This document shows, one piece after another, positions 26,801-36,729 of a stretch of DNA of 64,000 bases. Within the stretch, counting starts at the first letter, position 1. Each line of letters opens with the position of its first letter. The notes under the pieces were generated by a model, which was not told the DNA's origin, did not search any database, and saw only the letters and a program-made list of their open reading frames with translations. Origin of the DNA: an uncultured virus (IMG/VR IMGVR_UViG_3300035698_030063) (taxonomy: Duplodnaviria; Heunggongvirae; Uroviricota; Caudoviricetes); IMG/VR virus record IMGVR_UViG_3300035698_030063; one strand, written 5' to 3'. A program made the position numbers and the translations under genes.

Positions 26801-28233
26801 TTCAGTTTTTAGGAAAATTTTGGGAAAAAGTAAATATTGTTGATGTTAAAGCTAGATTTGCTAAGGGTGGAGATCAGTCTATTGAAGAAAAATTTAATTT
26901 AGATACTTATAAAATAACGTCTGGGCAAAGTGGGGTTGCGTATGATAGACAGGGAAGAATATTAATTTTTTATGCTAATGAAGAAACAAGCAATATCGAT
27001 ATAGCAGTTTCATTTAACGATGGTAACACTTGGGCATATGATAGGAATATTATAAGATTAACTTCTAGTGAAACAGCCACAATGCCTTTTGTAATAAAGG
27101 ATAATAATACAAGATATGTTCATTTATTTTGGGTATTAAATGATAAATTTTTAATGTATAGAAAGGTAGATACCAACACGGTAGAAGTTTCTAATGCTTT
27201 TGTAGAACCTATTATTCCGCAAACGTATGAAGCAGGAGATTACGATATTACTTTAGATGATCCTGAGAGGGCTTACTGGGGTAATTTTTCGTATAATGGA
27301 GTTTTATTAAGAAGAGAACCAAGCTATTTTATTGTTGCTAATGCTGATGATGAATATTATTTAGAACAGATAGACATAATTAATCAAATTAATATTTCAA
27401 ACAATAGTTTAATAGGGACTGCCAATTCTAATAAAATTCAAACTCTTCGTTTTATATCCGCTAGTAATCCTTCAGAAATGAGAGATGATTTTAATGGGAT
27501 TCCTTATGCTGTATATATAGCTAACGATGGAGTTTTGAGATTATTTTTTGTTAGTAGTAATAAATTGTCTATCAAAAGTAGTTATAATTATATTACTTGG
27601 CAGTATGATGTATTTGAGCAGTCAATACATAAAAACTATATGGATGAGGAGTTAAATAAAGGTTTTACTGAAGATATATCAAATATACAAATAGTTAGAG
27701 ATGATTACGATAAATCAATAGTTTCTGTTCTTTATTCCCATAATAGAATGTTGTTTATAAGGCATTTTTATACTAATTTTTTATTTCCATGGCGTGATTC
27801 AGAAGGTAATCTACATGATGAGCAAATGAGAAGACATCTCGAAGTAACAGATGCAGATCCGAATGCAGAGCCTCCTAAAAAAAGAACTGGAAATGTTTCT
27901 GTATTTTTAGTCGGTATTATTCCAGAACAAATAAAAGATAGTATTAAAGATGATATAGATAATGATGTTTCTATAGAAGATTCAGACTTAGCTATATATT
28001 TTCCTTATAAAGATCCAGATACTCCTTCAGATAAAGATGCTAATAAAGCAATGGTTGATATATTTAATGATAATTTTGCAGTTGATACAAATACTCAGCC
28101 TTATTCTTTTGTAACATCTAAAGGGTTAATTAGAGTTTATTATAAAGATAGTATAGGCAATATTGATGGGATAATAATAGACTCGTTGATAGACCCTAAT
28201 TTAGAAGTTATGAATGTGTGGAATGGTGTTTAA
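23842..28233 (+). CDS. Large acidic tail tip/baseplate protein (1463 aa)
   Basis: Directly after tape measure; BNR-like SFNDGNTW; propeller-like C-terminus. Confidence 0.6.
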   Translation: MAFDRRRTYICYNNKDLIRDGFIPRIIRKSYREDNSLTNPVTTFNFSRLKSPPKGVTYTVVRKKDDPSIIVEVIEKKKLLPAEKIKIEFEFSKTMKNAVSHPIPLTPVAPGAVGGLIGNVGLQAVGFGGFTTGFTEITYHLLESNTKTNQKILVTQEIIDTGIIQFDGFPLSVFGIVKEYTEVIGITSDPDIEKIKVLYKGEHNQAKFRIVGVDVEAYFGIDFTNEQLEKLGKFSSGSFLGTGRKRIDGATDSNGLFGGRANPHLILVDNAGDSGLSSPAVEEREVVLLGDQKQLFVKIVDDDRTLKFRGDNKEALGGGEYPFQIRGTTGIDATDKQIRIDTSDIIVGDIIYVTHNTTVGDRHLRQNVEHKGTIGQGNTFGGIGFSAAIASEQDIFDYKIRQWKVPSLPSGITISNIDQVTDGYTKDDDYKLTLNEFIDIDEKQREEDFELTGDAASVIEGWRLSEAILWRRINDLFAADYRGIIHIKNRSTVSVLYPRSSIRDQDWFTKYLESLPFTYPTGPPDPADPVDEDGNPKFTYLPSDLEKTLESQTNFDDLEGFLFDTAEIVNSMLFDREKLHYYRPFADALKIVSQYIEDNLDTGIGITHLDLLPLLCSSVITTTETELIDGKTITRRTHDYSSFNISSCGSINLDYYDLSYGIFDNTVAQFSKSSSCEDLFPLKNFNYSSTNRDANSEGQGVWYEAGTIDQTIQGWRPEGGTINSHWKLETPYFCSDFNNSTRVYVEKMGGNSLDNYSWIYVDTEPFVPNNISADSSYDASSSIVVFSDDIMHNGLNYHRINDNFFEQQLSFKKIDKTKNHIRDTYDHTVAGQTVTEAYDHDENFLVGQNRILGDSPSYSYGIPITEDIFKVCNTLCEPDSTESLTFWVTKDLETDTWDDGTPFDLDFSDTPPRANIPFDWYVKYIEVEFSYDPSVPVEGIERYVSFYFEDSESSVSDFLMSEIKLKTKGSNIFVVRLNFRYYFGGPFQFLGKFWEKVNIVDVKARFAKGGDQSIEEKFNLDTYKITSGQSGVAYDRQGRILIFYANEETSNIDIAVSFNDGNTWAYDRNIIRLTSSETATMPFVIKDNNTRYVHLFWVLNDKFLMYRKVDTNTVEVSNAFVEPIIPQTYEAGDYDITLDDPERAYWGNFSYNGVLLRREPSYFIVANADDEYYLEQIDIINQINISNNSLIGTANSNKIQTLRFISASNPSEMRDDFNGIPYAVYIANDGVLRLFFVSSNKLSIKSSYNYITWQYDVFEQSIHKNYMDEELNKGFTEDISNIQIVRDDYDKSIVSVLYSHNRMLFIRHFYTNFLFPWRDSEGNLHDEQMRRHLEVTDADPNAEPPKKRTGNVSVFLVGIIPEQIKDSIKDDIDNDVSIEDSDLAIYFPYKDPDTPSDKDANKAMVDIFNDNFAVDTNTQPYSFVTSKGLIRVYYKDSIGNIDGIIIDSLIDPNLEVMNVWNGV

Positions 28234-28235
28234 TA

Positions 28236-31200
28236 ATGACTGATTTTAGAGTAAATATAATAGATATTTTAGAGAAATGGGGATTTTACAGCGACACTCT
28301 AGATTGTGGTCAGCCAGCTTTTAATTCGGGTCATGTGCAGCTTAAATGTTATATAAATAATACATGTCCATTTTACAAGACTCCATATAAAGAAGATAGC
28401 ATAATTTTTAATACTAAAACTTATGATGAAATTAAAGACCTTATGCCAGATAGAACAACGAGAGCATTAGTAACGACACCAGGTGTTGAGGGGCTACATT
28501 TTGAGCCAAGAAAAGTTTTTAGACATAATTATATGAATAAATTTAATCCAGGCGTTGACGCTCCAGTAGTATCTCCTGAAAAAATGTTTGAAAATTTTGA
28601 AACTTATTTTAAAAGTATAACTGCTGAGAATAGTCCTGTTATTGCTGGTGCAGATAGAACTTTGTATAGGGCCGAGTACGATTGGGTTATAGTAAATAGT
28701 GTTTTTGATAAATTATCTTGCTCAGGTGGCACTGTAGAGGAGTGTAGTATAAAGGCTCAATGGTCTTATGATAATCCAATCCTTTCAATAAATAGGATGG
28801 AAGATGAAGATATAAGACATGATTACTCTCCTAGTTATTATAAGGAGTATAAAGATAGTATAGAAATAAAAATAGGTGAACCACCGACTCCTAAACCTAA
28901 AACAGATCTAAAAATTCAACAATTTATGATTCAAATGCCTGTGCAAACTAATGTTTATGATGAAAATATTCGTGGTGTTCATTGGAAAGTAGTTAAAAGA
29001 ATGCCTATTTTTAAAGGAGCGGATTTTTTTGTTAGATTTTATAAAGGGGCACAAGAGCCAGTAAATTATCCTGTTTCAGGTGATGATGATCTTGCTGTTA
29101 GTTTTAACGATTCTTCTTATTTCCCTCTAGATTATACTTATAATAAAAAAGTTTTACTTAATCCTATAGACAAAAATAAAGCATATGCTAATGAAGCGGT
29201 TAGATCCACAAGAGGACCTAGGAAATCAAATTTATATGATTTCTATACTCAAGCATATTATATAATAGAAATGTCTGGTGAGGGGGAGAATGGGAAGAAT
29301 GAAGAATATTTTATTGTGATACCATCACGAGGTAATCCAATATTTGTACATTTCTTTCTTGGAGATGATGCTGAAGATATTATTGCTAAAAGACTGGGCC
29401 GACCGTTTGCGGGAGTTACTGGAGAACAATTGATTAATGCTGATTATTTTGATATCGTTGTAAGAAATCATTTAGGTAGATTAGTAATTCAATTTGAGGG
29501 CAAGGGTCTTGAAAATATTCCACCATGGATTGTAGAAAGATTAGATAGGGTTCCTAAAAAACTTACCAAAAAGCAGGAAAGCGATGGAGAAACTTCTTTT
29601 ATGGTTGAGGAACCAAGGAATTTAGTTGTTCCGAGGTGTCTGCTAAAGTTATGGGGTGGAAATATAGCGTGTGGTTTTATTTTTGGTTATTTACAGTATG
29701 AAGAAAGTTATGAATCGTTTATATATCCGCCTAGAAATGTAGATGATGCTAATCCTACTTTTGATCCTGCTGGTAATGCTTTTTCTTCGTGGGGACCTGA
29801 AGAAGTTTCATTTTCTGCTGAATATTTTAAAAGCGATCCGATATGGTTGCCTATGAATAGAGGAGATAAAGCTGTTCATAAAATATTATTTGAAGCTAAT
29901 AATGGGCCTCAGTTAGAGCGGGGTTCTATAGGAGATTCAACAACAGAGTTTAATGATAAGCCGTTGTTCACTCAAGATGCCCAATATTATCATAATTATG
30001 ATGGAGATTCAAATCCAGACTGGGAAAAGGGATATTTTTATTATAACAAACCAATAAGAGAATTTTCTTCGAGTACTCCTACAAACCCTCAGCCAAAAAC
30101 TTCTAATATAATTATTAAAAAATATAAATATTTAAATTATGTTAGAACTAAACATCAGGGTTTTAATACTTATATCGGTATGATGTGTGGCGATCATTAT
30201 TTTCCAAAGAGGTTTAATTTATCAATTGAGAGTATGAAAGATGTAAGCCTCTTTCCAGGTGAAAGGCCCCCCCTTACGGGAGATGGTTGGTTTTTGCGTA
30301 ATTGTAAGACTCCGATTTTAACTGGTATGAGATTAATTGCTGAACCTTCTCTTGATACAAGATGGGATGATGGAACTAATATATTAAGTGGTGTTAAAAG
30401 AGACCCAGAGACAGGTGGAGTAAGTTCTTATTTTGTAGACGCTAGTGATCATGTTACGAATTTCTCTCATTCTTGGACTTCTTCTGGCTTAACTTCTCTT
30501 GAACATAGTGGAACTATTCAATTTTATCTTAATGATAATATGACTATTGAGAATTTAACTAACGGGAATAATCCTCCTATTAATAACGTTACGAAGGAAT
30601 TATTGGCTCTTCAGGACAAAACTTTTTATATAGAAATTTGGGCAGGATATAGACCTAAAGAGACTATGGGAACGAACGGTCAAGAATGTGATCATAGTAA
30701 TTATACAAGGATACCAGGATTTTATAAAATGTTTACAGGTATGTGTTCTGGTGGGTCTCTTAGTTACGAGTATAATAAACATATAATGACATGTCGAATA
30801 AGTGATTATAGTACTGTTTTAAAAAATATGTTATTTTTTAATTCTCCATGGTTTGATGCTATGAAAGATGCTACAGCAGTGAGAGAGATATTAAAAATGG
30901 CAGGTTTTAGAGATCAGGGAACATATGATCCAGCGACATTAGTAAGTGAGATAGCAGATGAATCGACCGCTGCTGATGAGAAGCAAGTTCATTCTCATTT
31001 TGATGGAAGGACTTTTAAATATGTGAATTTTGGATTACCTTCTGGATATAATAGATTAGAGCAACCATCTTTAAAATTTAATGATGGAGATCCGCTTATT
31101 GATGCTATTAATAAAATATCTTCGTATTCAGCAAAAATATTTTATTTTGATGAATGGGGGATAGCTCATTATGAAGATTTTCAGGATATGGTTGAAGAAG

Positions 31201-31709
31201 ATTTTCAAAATGAAGTTCCATTAATTGTTTTGTATCAATTTACAACAAACCCAGAAATTATTCCAGGTCAAGTGGTATTTAATAAAACTGAGAGATCATT
31301 TGATGTTGATAGTGTTGTTACTCATTTAAAGACTTTAACTAATACTCCTGATATGCATATGTTGATCAGAGATCGTATTAGATGGGAGGGTATTGAAAAT
31401 CCTGAGGCTAGTGGTTTTTTAGGATATCAAAAAACATTTTTTCAAGCTGAAAGTATGTTTGGTTCGAAGGAAGCCCAGATTTCAGCGATGAATAAATATG
31501 CTGTAATGTTTAAGCCTATTATAGGTATTAAATTTGAAACCTTTGGTTTGCCATTGAGAGCAACAGATATTATATCTATAAATGATGAGATTGTTAGAGT
31601 TATTAAGGTGGATCATAGTTTTAATGCAGAAAAAAATCAGTGGTGGATGAATGTAGATTGTCAAAGATTTCAACCAATTAGTGCTTCTGATATTATAAAA
31701 GGACCGTAA
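28236..31709 (+). CDS. Baseplate hub/tail tip protein
   Basis: C-terminal hub-like pattern (DAINKIS...FYFDEWGIAHY...IKFETFGLPLRATDIISIND...KVDHSF...WWMNV); ATG 28236 preferred over GTG 28218. Confidence 0.6.
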   Translation: MTDFRVNIIDILEKWGFYSDTLDCGQPAFNSGHVQLKCYINNTCPFYKTPYKEDSIIFNTKTYDEIKDLMPDRTTRALVTTPGVEGLHFEPRKVFRHNYMNKFNPGVDAPVVSPEKMFENFETYFKSITAENSPVIAGADRTLYRAEYDWVIVNSVFDKLSCSGGTVEECSIKAQWSYDNPILSINRMEDEDIRHDYSPSYYKEYKDSIEIKIGEPPTPKPKTDLKIQQFMIQMPVQTNVYDENIRGVHWKVVKRMPIFKGADFFVRFYKGAQEPVNYPVSGDDDLAVSFNDSSYFPLDYTYNKKVLLNPIDKNKAYANEAVRSTRGPRKSNLYDFYTQAYYIIEMSGEGENGKNEEYFIVIPSRGNPIFVHFFLGDDAEDIIAKRLGRPFAGVTGEQLINADYFDIVVRNHLGRLVIQFEGKGLENIPPWIVERLDRVPKKLTKKQESDGETSFMVEEPRNLVVPRCLLKLWGGNIACGFIFGYLQYEESYESFIYPPRNVDDANPTFDPAGNAFSSWGPEEVSFSAEYFKSDPIWLPMNRGDKAVHKILFEANNGPQLERGSIGDSTTEFNDKPLFTQDAQYYHNYDGDSNPDWEKGYFYYNKPIREFSSSTPTNPQPKTSNIIIKKYKYLNYVRTKHQGFNTYIGMMCGDHYFPKRFNLSIESMKDVSLFPGERPPLTGDGWFLRNCKTPILTGMRLIAEPSLDTRWDDGTNILSGVKRDPETGGVSSYFVDASDHVTNFSHSWTSSGLTSLEHSGTIQFYLNDNMTIENLTNGNNPPINNVTKELLALQDKTFYIEIWAGYRPKETMGTNGQECDHSNYTRIPGFYKMFTGMCSGGSLSYEYNKHIMTCRISDYSTVLKNMLFFNSPWFDAMKDATAVREILKMAGFRDQGTYDPATLVSEIADESTAADEKQVHSHFDGRTFKYVNFGLPSGYNRLEQPSLKFNDGDPLIDAINKISSYSAKIFYFDEWGIAHYEDFQDMVEEDFQNEVPLIVLYQFTTNPEIIPGQVVFNKTERSFDVDSVVTHLKTLTNTPDMHMLIRDRIRWEGIENPEASGFLGYQKTFFQAESMFGSKEAQISAMNKYAVMFKPIIGIKFETFGLPLRATDIISINDEIVRVIKVDHSFNAEKNQWWMNVDCQRFQPISASDIIKGP

Positions 31710-31735
31710 TAAAAAATAATTATAGGAGAAAAATA

Positions 31736-31954
31736 ATGATTAATGATAGGATAAGAAATAATCTTGTAAAAATGTTTAATGATAAAAGGGATTTTGTTAG
31801 AGCTGAGGATTCTAGATTGGGTAGTGTAGCACAGAGAAATACTACTTACAGAAGAAATGGTATGTTGAATTTTGGTGGTAGGCAAATGATGGGGATATCT
31901 GGTGATGATCAATATTTTAGAGTGGGTGTTGGCGGCCCTCCGACAGTATCATAA
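31736..31954 (+). CDS. Small hypothetical protein in tail module
   Basis: AGGAG SD. Confidence 0.6.
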   Translation: MINDRIRNNLVKMFNDKRDFVRAEDSRLGSVAQRNTTYRRNGMLNFGGRQMMGISGDDQYFRVGVGGPPTVS

Positions 31955-31974
31955 TATTTAGAGGAGAAATATAA

Positions 31975-34900
31975 ATGGGACAGACTCGCTATTATTCGCT
32001 CGCTTTTTTTGATTTCGGAGATAAATTAAATTCTTCTATCAATGTTAGAAAAGAAATAGATCGTTTTGTTGTTATTGATAAACAACTGTATGGCATGTAT
32101 AAGATATTTGGAAATGGAGTTATCGATGGGTTTAATGTTAGTGACGCTGGCTTTCAGTCAGGTAAAGGTATCTCTGTTAATATTTCTCAAGGTACGGGGG
32201 TTATTAATTTTATAGCTGCTCAAAATGAAATTCCTGGAACAGTTACTGGATTACCCCCCAATACAGTTGTTAGTATATATGCGCAAATAGTTGGATCTAC
32301 ATATCTAGATAGAAAGGTTAAATTTTTATATTCTAGAACTCCAATTTCTAATGCTATTAAATTAGCCTTAGTGTCTACTGGTGCTGATAATATATCGTTC
32401 ATAGATAATAATGCAAGAGACTTAATTGGTTTTGAAGAGATTATACAAGATGCTATTAATGAGCACAAACATAGAGGGACTCCTACTAAAATTAATTTAG
32501 AAGAAGAAGTTAAAAATCAATTACCAGGAGCTAGGCTTGAAGGTATTGATGCTTCTAAAGTTGTTAGTGGGAGATTTGATATAGATAGGATTCCGCTAGT
32601 AGATCATAACGATTTAGAACATAATGGAATGTTAAATCATGCTGCTCTTGATTCTTATGTTAGAACATTTTCACAGAACAATAAGGAACTACTAGGTGAA
32701 ATTAATATGGTTAATCTTTTAAGGATGATTATATTTCATAAATATAAAGATGTTGATGTGGACGAATATTTTATTAATGAACTAGCTTTGATTCCAGGTG
32801 TGTCTCCAAATGAGTTTATAGATTTTACTGCTACCACTGCTAATATTGATTTAGATAGTGGATGTATTAGTGGGATACCATCTGTATCAGGAATTTTTAC
32901 TTCAGTATTTTGGAACGATACATTTTCGTTTGATACTAATACTTTTAATAATAATATTTTAATAGATAATGATACTGTATTTTTAGATGCATCTGATAGC
33001 TCTACAGAATCTCTTGCTGATTTTTCTGGTGGTAGGCAGCCTTTTGAAGAAGAGATGATAATTGTAGACAGAAATCAACAAGTAGTTGTAGCTGATGGTG
33101 AGGAAGGAAATCTCGTAGGTCAAATGGGTGGTGGTGGTACTCTGAATTATTTTTATAGATTAGATTATGAGTCAACTGAATATAAAAATTGGGATGGGAT
33201 ATACGATCAAATAGTTATTAAAATAAAGACTACAGAGCAAATTCATGACCCTGTTTATATGTATGTAGTAAATGGTAGTAATATAAGAAATGACGGAGTG
33301 AGTGGTACTGGGAGCATTGAGGCGGGCAATATAGATGGGGTTAGAGTGCCTAGCTCTTCATGGGAGATTTTAGCTAAAGATGAAAACTCGGCAACTTTAT
33401 TAGAAAAAACTTTTAATATACATGAATTGGGGCTAACTGAAGTATCTCAAATTACAATTTTTACATCAGATGATTTTACATTTGAGATAGATGATTTAGA
33501 AGTTAGAAGAACGAATATTGTTTCTGAAACTGGAACTATAAAATTTCAGTATAGCACAGAAGCTAGTGTTACTTTTCATACCATTTTTTATGATATTGAC
33601 ACTCCTTCAGGAACTACTTCTTCTTTGAGATTAAAAACTGCATCTACAGTTGATTCTTTATCAAGAGCATTTTGGACGCAAAATCTTAATTCTGGAGATG
33701 TGGTTGCTATAACTGGTTCTACGGCAGAAATAGAAGTTGTAATGACGAGTGATGATAGTAGAACTATTTCTCCAGTTCTTAATAGTATAGAGTTAAGATT
33801 ATTAACAGATGCTAATTTTACAGGTTTTGTTATAGATACAGAAGATGAATTTGTTAGGGGAACTATAAGTAATTTAGATATTAATCCAGCTGTACAAGTA
33901 GGACAGGATATTTTAAACATATCAACTCCTATTAATGTTGGAGGTGTATATTTTGCAAAAGCAGGATCAGTAAGTGAGAATAATAATGTAGGTGATGCTA
34001 TATATGGATTTAGTGGAGCGCCTGGTGGAGACGGTTTTTATGGTATGCCTATATCTCCTGTTCAAGCTAGATATTGGAATAGTTCTTCTACAAGAGGATT
34101 TAAAACGGTATCTTCTGTTGTTAGAAGATTTGATAATTCTTTTTTGATTTCCGATTTAGGCAACTCAAGAGTGCTACAAGTTGATAGGAATGGTAATTTA
34201 ATTAAAGGTTTTGGTTCAACATATTCTACTGACATAAATTTTTATCCATTATCTGCTGTTTACAACCCTACTAATCAGATTTTATCTGTTGCCTTTACAC
34301 AAGCTGTTGTTGTGTCAGATATAACAGAAATTTCATTTTTCATTGGAGGAGGTTCCCAAATTGCCCTGACTTTAGATGATACTATTTTAAATAATAACAA
34401 ATCAGGGAATAAAATTTTAGAAATAGAGTTAGATGATGATACCGCTGTTAGACTATTGAATGCCACAAGTGATAATCTTACAGTTGATTTTGGGGCAGGA
34501 GCATTCACGGCTACTATTCAGGTTAATGAGGGCATGAAAGCAACAGGAAATAATATATTTAGTCTTGTAAGTGGATTAATATGTTTCGTTGGTGATTTTA
34601 CATTTATAGATAATATTAAGCATCCTGTTGGAGTATATGAAAATAGTGAAAATAATTGGATGATTTTAAATTCTTCGATATTTTATGGAGGACCTGATCA
34701 AGGAACTGGTGTTGTTCTAGACCCTACAGAAATAGTAGATCTTGAAGCTACGGAAGTTCCTAGTATCGTAGAAATTGATCCCGATGATGTATCTAATACT
34801 ACGGATAAATTAATTTCAAGTGATGTTACATTTTCTGATTATACTCTTGGTGGGATCGTTGAATACACTACTAATCAAAGATTTGTAGTAGCTGGCATAG

Positions 34901-35280
34901 AGGAAGATAGTAATGCTATTTTGGTAGGAACAGGACAAGATTTATTAGATAAATATGATGATCCTCCATTAGATGTTCAGTTTAGAGCCGCTGCTGTAGA
35001 TGCTTTGAAGGGTTATGTTGGGAGGGTATTTGTTATAGATAAGGTTAATAATAAGCAACAAGCTATGTACACTAGCCCTGATGGGACCTATGCGAGCGAT
35101 GTATCAGGCTTTAGTAATGGAGATCTTTCAGTAGCAGAGTCAGCTTTTGCAGATGCTTCTGGAAGACTTGTTAGAATAGATGCATTTGGCTCTGTCACAT
35201 GGTCATATGGCGTAGGAACTTTCCATATTATTAATGATAGTAAAGTGGTAGGTGATGATACTGTAATAGTAAGCGTTTAA
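31975..35280 (+). CDS. Putative tail appendage protein with beta-propeller-like C-terminal half
   Basis: GAGGAG SD; N-terminus paralogous to 56774; HKH motif; NHL-like ISDLGNSRVLQVDRNGNLI. Confidence 0.6.
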   Translation: MGQTRYYSLAFFDFGDKLNSSINVRKEIDRFVVIDKQLYGMYKIFGNGVIDGFNVSDAGFQSGKGISVNISQGTGVINFIAAQNEIPGTVTGLPPNTVVSIYAQIVGSTYLDRKVKFLYSRTPISNAIKLALVSTGADNISFIDNNARDLIGFEEIIQDAINEHKHRGTPTKINLEEEVKNQLPGARLEGIDASKVVSGRFDIDRIPLVDHNDLEHNGMLNHAALDSYVRTFSQNNKELLGEINMVNLLRMIIFHKYKDVDVDEYFINELALIPGVSPNEFIDFTATTANIDLDSGCISGIPSVSGIFTSVFWNDTFSFDTNTFNNNILIDNDTVFLDASDSSTESLADFSGGRQPFEEEMIIVDRNQQVVVADGEEGNLVGQMGGGGTLNYFYRLDYESTEYKNWDGIYDQIVIKIKTTEQIHDPVYMYVVNGSNIRNDGVSGTGSIEAGNIDGVRVPSSSWEILAKDENSATLLEKTFNIHELGLTEVSQITIFTSDDFTFEIDDLEVRRTNIVSETGTIKFQYSTEASVTFHTIFYDIDTPSGTTSSLRLKTASTVDSLSRAFWTQNLNSGDVVAITGSTAEIEVVMTSDDSRTISPVLNSIELRLLTDANFTGFVIDTEDEFVRGTISNLDINPAVQVGQDILNISTPINVGGVYFAKAGSVSENNNVGDAIYGFSGAPGGDGFYGMPISPVQARYWNSSSTRGFKTVSSVVRRFDNSFLISDLGNSRVLQVDRNGNLIKGFGSTYSTDINFYPLSAVYNPTNQILSVAFTQAVVVSDITEISFFIGGGSQIALTLDDTILNNNKSGNKILEIELDDDTAVRLLNATSDNLTVDFGAGAFTATIQVNEGMKATGNNIFSLVSGLICFVGDFTFIDNIKHPVGVYENSENNWMILNSSIFYGGPDQGTGVVLDPTEIVDLEATEVPSIVEIDPDDVSNTTDKLISSDVTFSDYTLGGIVEYTTNQRFVVAGIEEDSNAILVGTGQDLLDKYDDPPLDVQFRAAAVDALKGYVGRVFVIDKVNNKQQAMYTSPDGTYASDVSGFSNGDLSVAESAFADASGRLVRIDAFGSVTWSYGVGTFHIINDSKVVGDDTVIVSV

Positions 35281-35303
35281 TATTTAAAAATTTCAAAAAT
35301 AAA

Positions 35304-35343
35304 AGAGGATTTTTTTCTATAATAGTTATAAATGTATTATATG
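35304..35343 (+). promoter_or_regulatory. Putative phage-specific promoter motif
   Basis: AGAGG-N19-ATAAATGTATTATATG before AGGAG SD. Confidence 0.4.
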
Positions 35344-35368
35344 TTATTACTATTTTATAGGAGAAATC

Positions 35369-35518
35369 ATGAAGAGAGAAAAGTTTACAGAAGAAATTAG
35401 GGTAGTTGTCCCTCCATCTTTAAGATCTTCTTTTCAGGCAAAATGCGAAAAGAAGTATAAAACCATTTCTGAGGTATTAAGAGAGCTGATGGTTAATTAT
35501 TTGGAGGAGGAAAAGTGA
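35369..35518 (+). CDS. Ribbon-helix-helix DNA-binding protein (49 aa, not in ORF track)
   Basis: MKREKFTEEIRVVVPPSLRSSFQAKCEKKYKTISEVLRELMVNYLEEEK; AGGAG SD. Confidence 0.75.
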   Translation: MKREKFTEEIRVVVPPSLRSSFQAKCEKKYKTISEVLRELMVNYLEEEK

Positions 35519-35537
35519 GATAAAGAAATTAACTTAA

Positions 35538-35645
35538 TGTGTAAAATGTCATAATAATTTTCATTTAAAGTATGGTAAAAAGAATAATAATAAACAACAA
35601 TTAGAAGAATTTTTTAAGATGAGGCAAAATCGTGTCAAAAATTAA
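35538..35645 (+). pseudogene. Minimal HNH endonuclease remnant (C-terminal tail only)
   Basis: CVKCHNNFHLKYGKKNNNKQQLEEF vs CESCHKQFHKKYGKRNNNKQQLDQF of 14300-15382; preceded by in-frame TAA. Confidence 0.75.
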
Positions 35646-36729
35646 AATAACTTATGCATGTTTTTTAAATTCTTCAGGATATTCATTTGCAGCACAGAAT
35701 TATATTAAAGCAATAGATCAAACAGGACTATTCGATATAAAAATTAGAATTTTTGGAAATATTCCTAGTCGTCCAGCTATTTCTGATGCTGATTATTCGT
35801 ATTTTATGGAAATGATTAAAAAGAAAGATGATCCTGAAAGAATTTTAATTTATCATTGCATTCCTACCATACAAAAAAGAATTAAGGGGTATAAAAAAAG
35901 TATAGGATTTGCTACATATGAGACGTATCAACCACCTGAAAATTGGGTTGATATTCTTAATAAAAATGACGCTATAATAGTTCCTTCCCGATTTAATTAT
36001 AAAATATTTTCTCACATGCAAATAAAAAAGCCAATATATTACCTTCCTCATTGTTTAAATATGGAAGTATACAATAGAGACGTTCTTCCTTTATACGAGT
36101 ATGATAAGTATACATTTTTATTTATGGGAATTTTTCGAGAAAGAAAAGGATATAAAGAACAGATAGAAGCGTGGTTAAAGGAATTTACATTAGAAGATAA
36201 TGTTCAATTAATTATAAAAACTGATAGAATTAAAAAAGCACAAGAATATGTGGAGAAGGTAAAAAAACAAATAGGAATAAATAAAGGATTTGCTCCTATT
36301 TTGTTTGAAAATAAAGTATTCGATGAAAGAGATTTGCCCAAGTATTTGAAATCAGTAGATTGTTTAGTGTCTTCGACCAAAGGTGAAGGATTTGGGCTAC
36401 CAGGATTACAGTGTATGGCATTAGGTATTCCTGTAATAGTAACCAATTTTTCAGGTTGTCAGGATTATGCTAATAGTAAGACTGCCACTCTTTTGGAGCC
36501 AAATGGGTTTATTTTTAGGGCGAATATGGACAATATTCCCCAGTTTAGAAATAAAAAATGGGCATTTTTAGAAGTAAATAAAATACAGAAAGCTATGAGA
36601 TATATTTTTAATAATCAAAAGAAAGTAGAAATGAAATCTAACTGGGCATTTTCTGATATTACAAATAAATTTAATTATAAGATAATAGGAAATATGTTTA
36701 CAAATATAATAAGAGAATTATATGGTTAA
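35632..36729 (+). CDS. GT-B glycosyltransferase family 4
   Basis: SSGYS.AA; IIVPSRFN; FLFMGIFRERKG; DCLVSSTKGEGFGLPGLQCMALGIPVIVTNFSG. Confidence 0.9.
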   Translation: MSKIKITYACFLNSSGYSFAAQNYIKAIDQTGLFDIKIRIFGNIPSRPAISDADYSYFMEMIKKKDDPERILIYHCIPTIQKRIKGYKKSIGFATYETYQPPENWVDILNKNDAIIVPSRFNYKIFSHMQIKKPIYYLPHCLNMEVYNRDVLPLYEYDKYTFLFMGIFRERKGYKEQIEAWLKEFTLEDNVQLIIKTDRIKKAQEYVEKVKKQIGINKGFAPILFENKVFDERDLPKYLKSVDCLVSSTKGEGFGLPGLQCMALGIPVIVTNFSGCQDYANSKTATLLEPNGFIFRANMDNIPQFRNKKWAFLEVNKIQKAMRYIFNNQKKVEMKSNWAFSDITNKFNYKIIGNMFTNIIRELYG

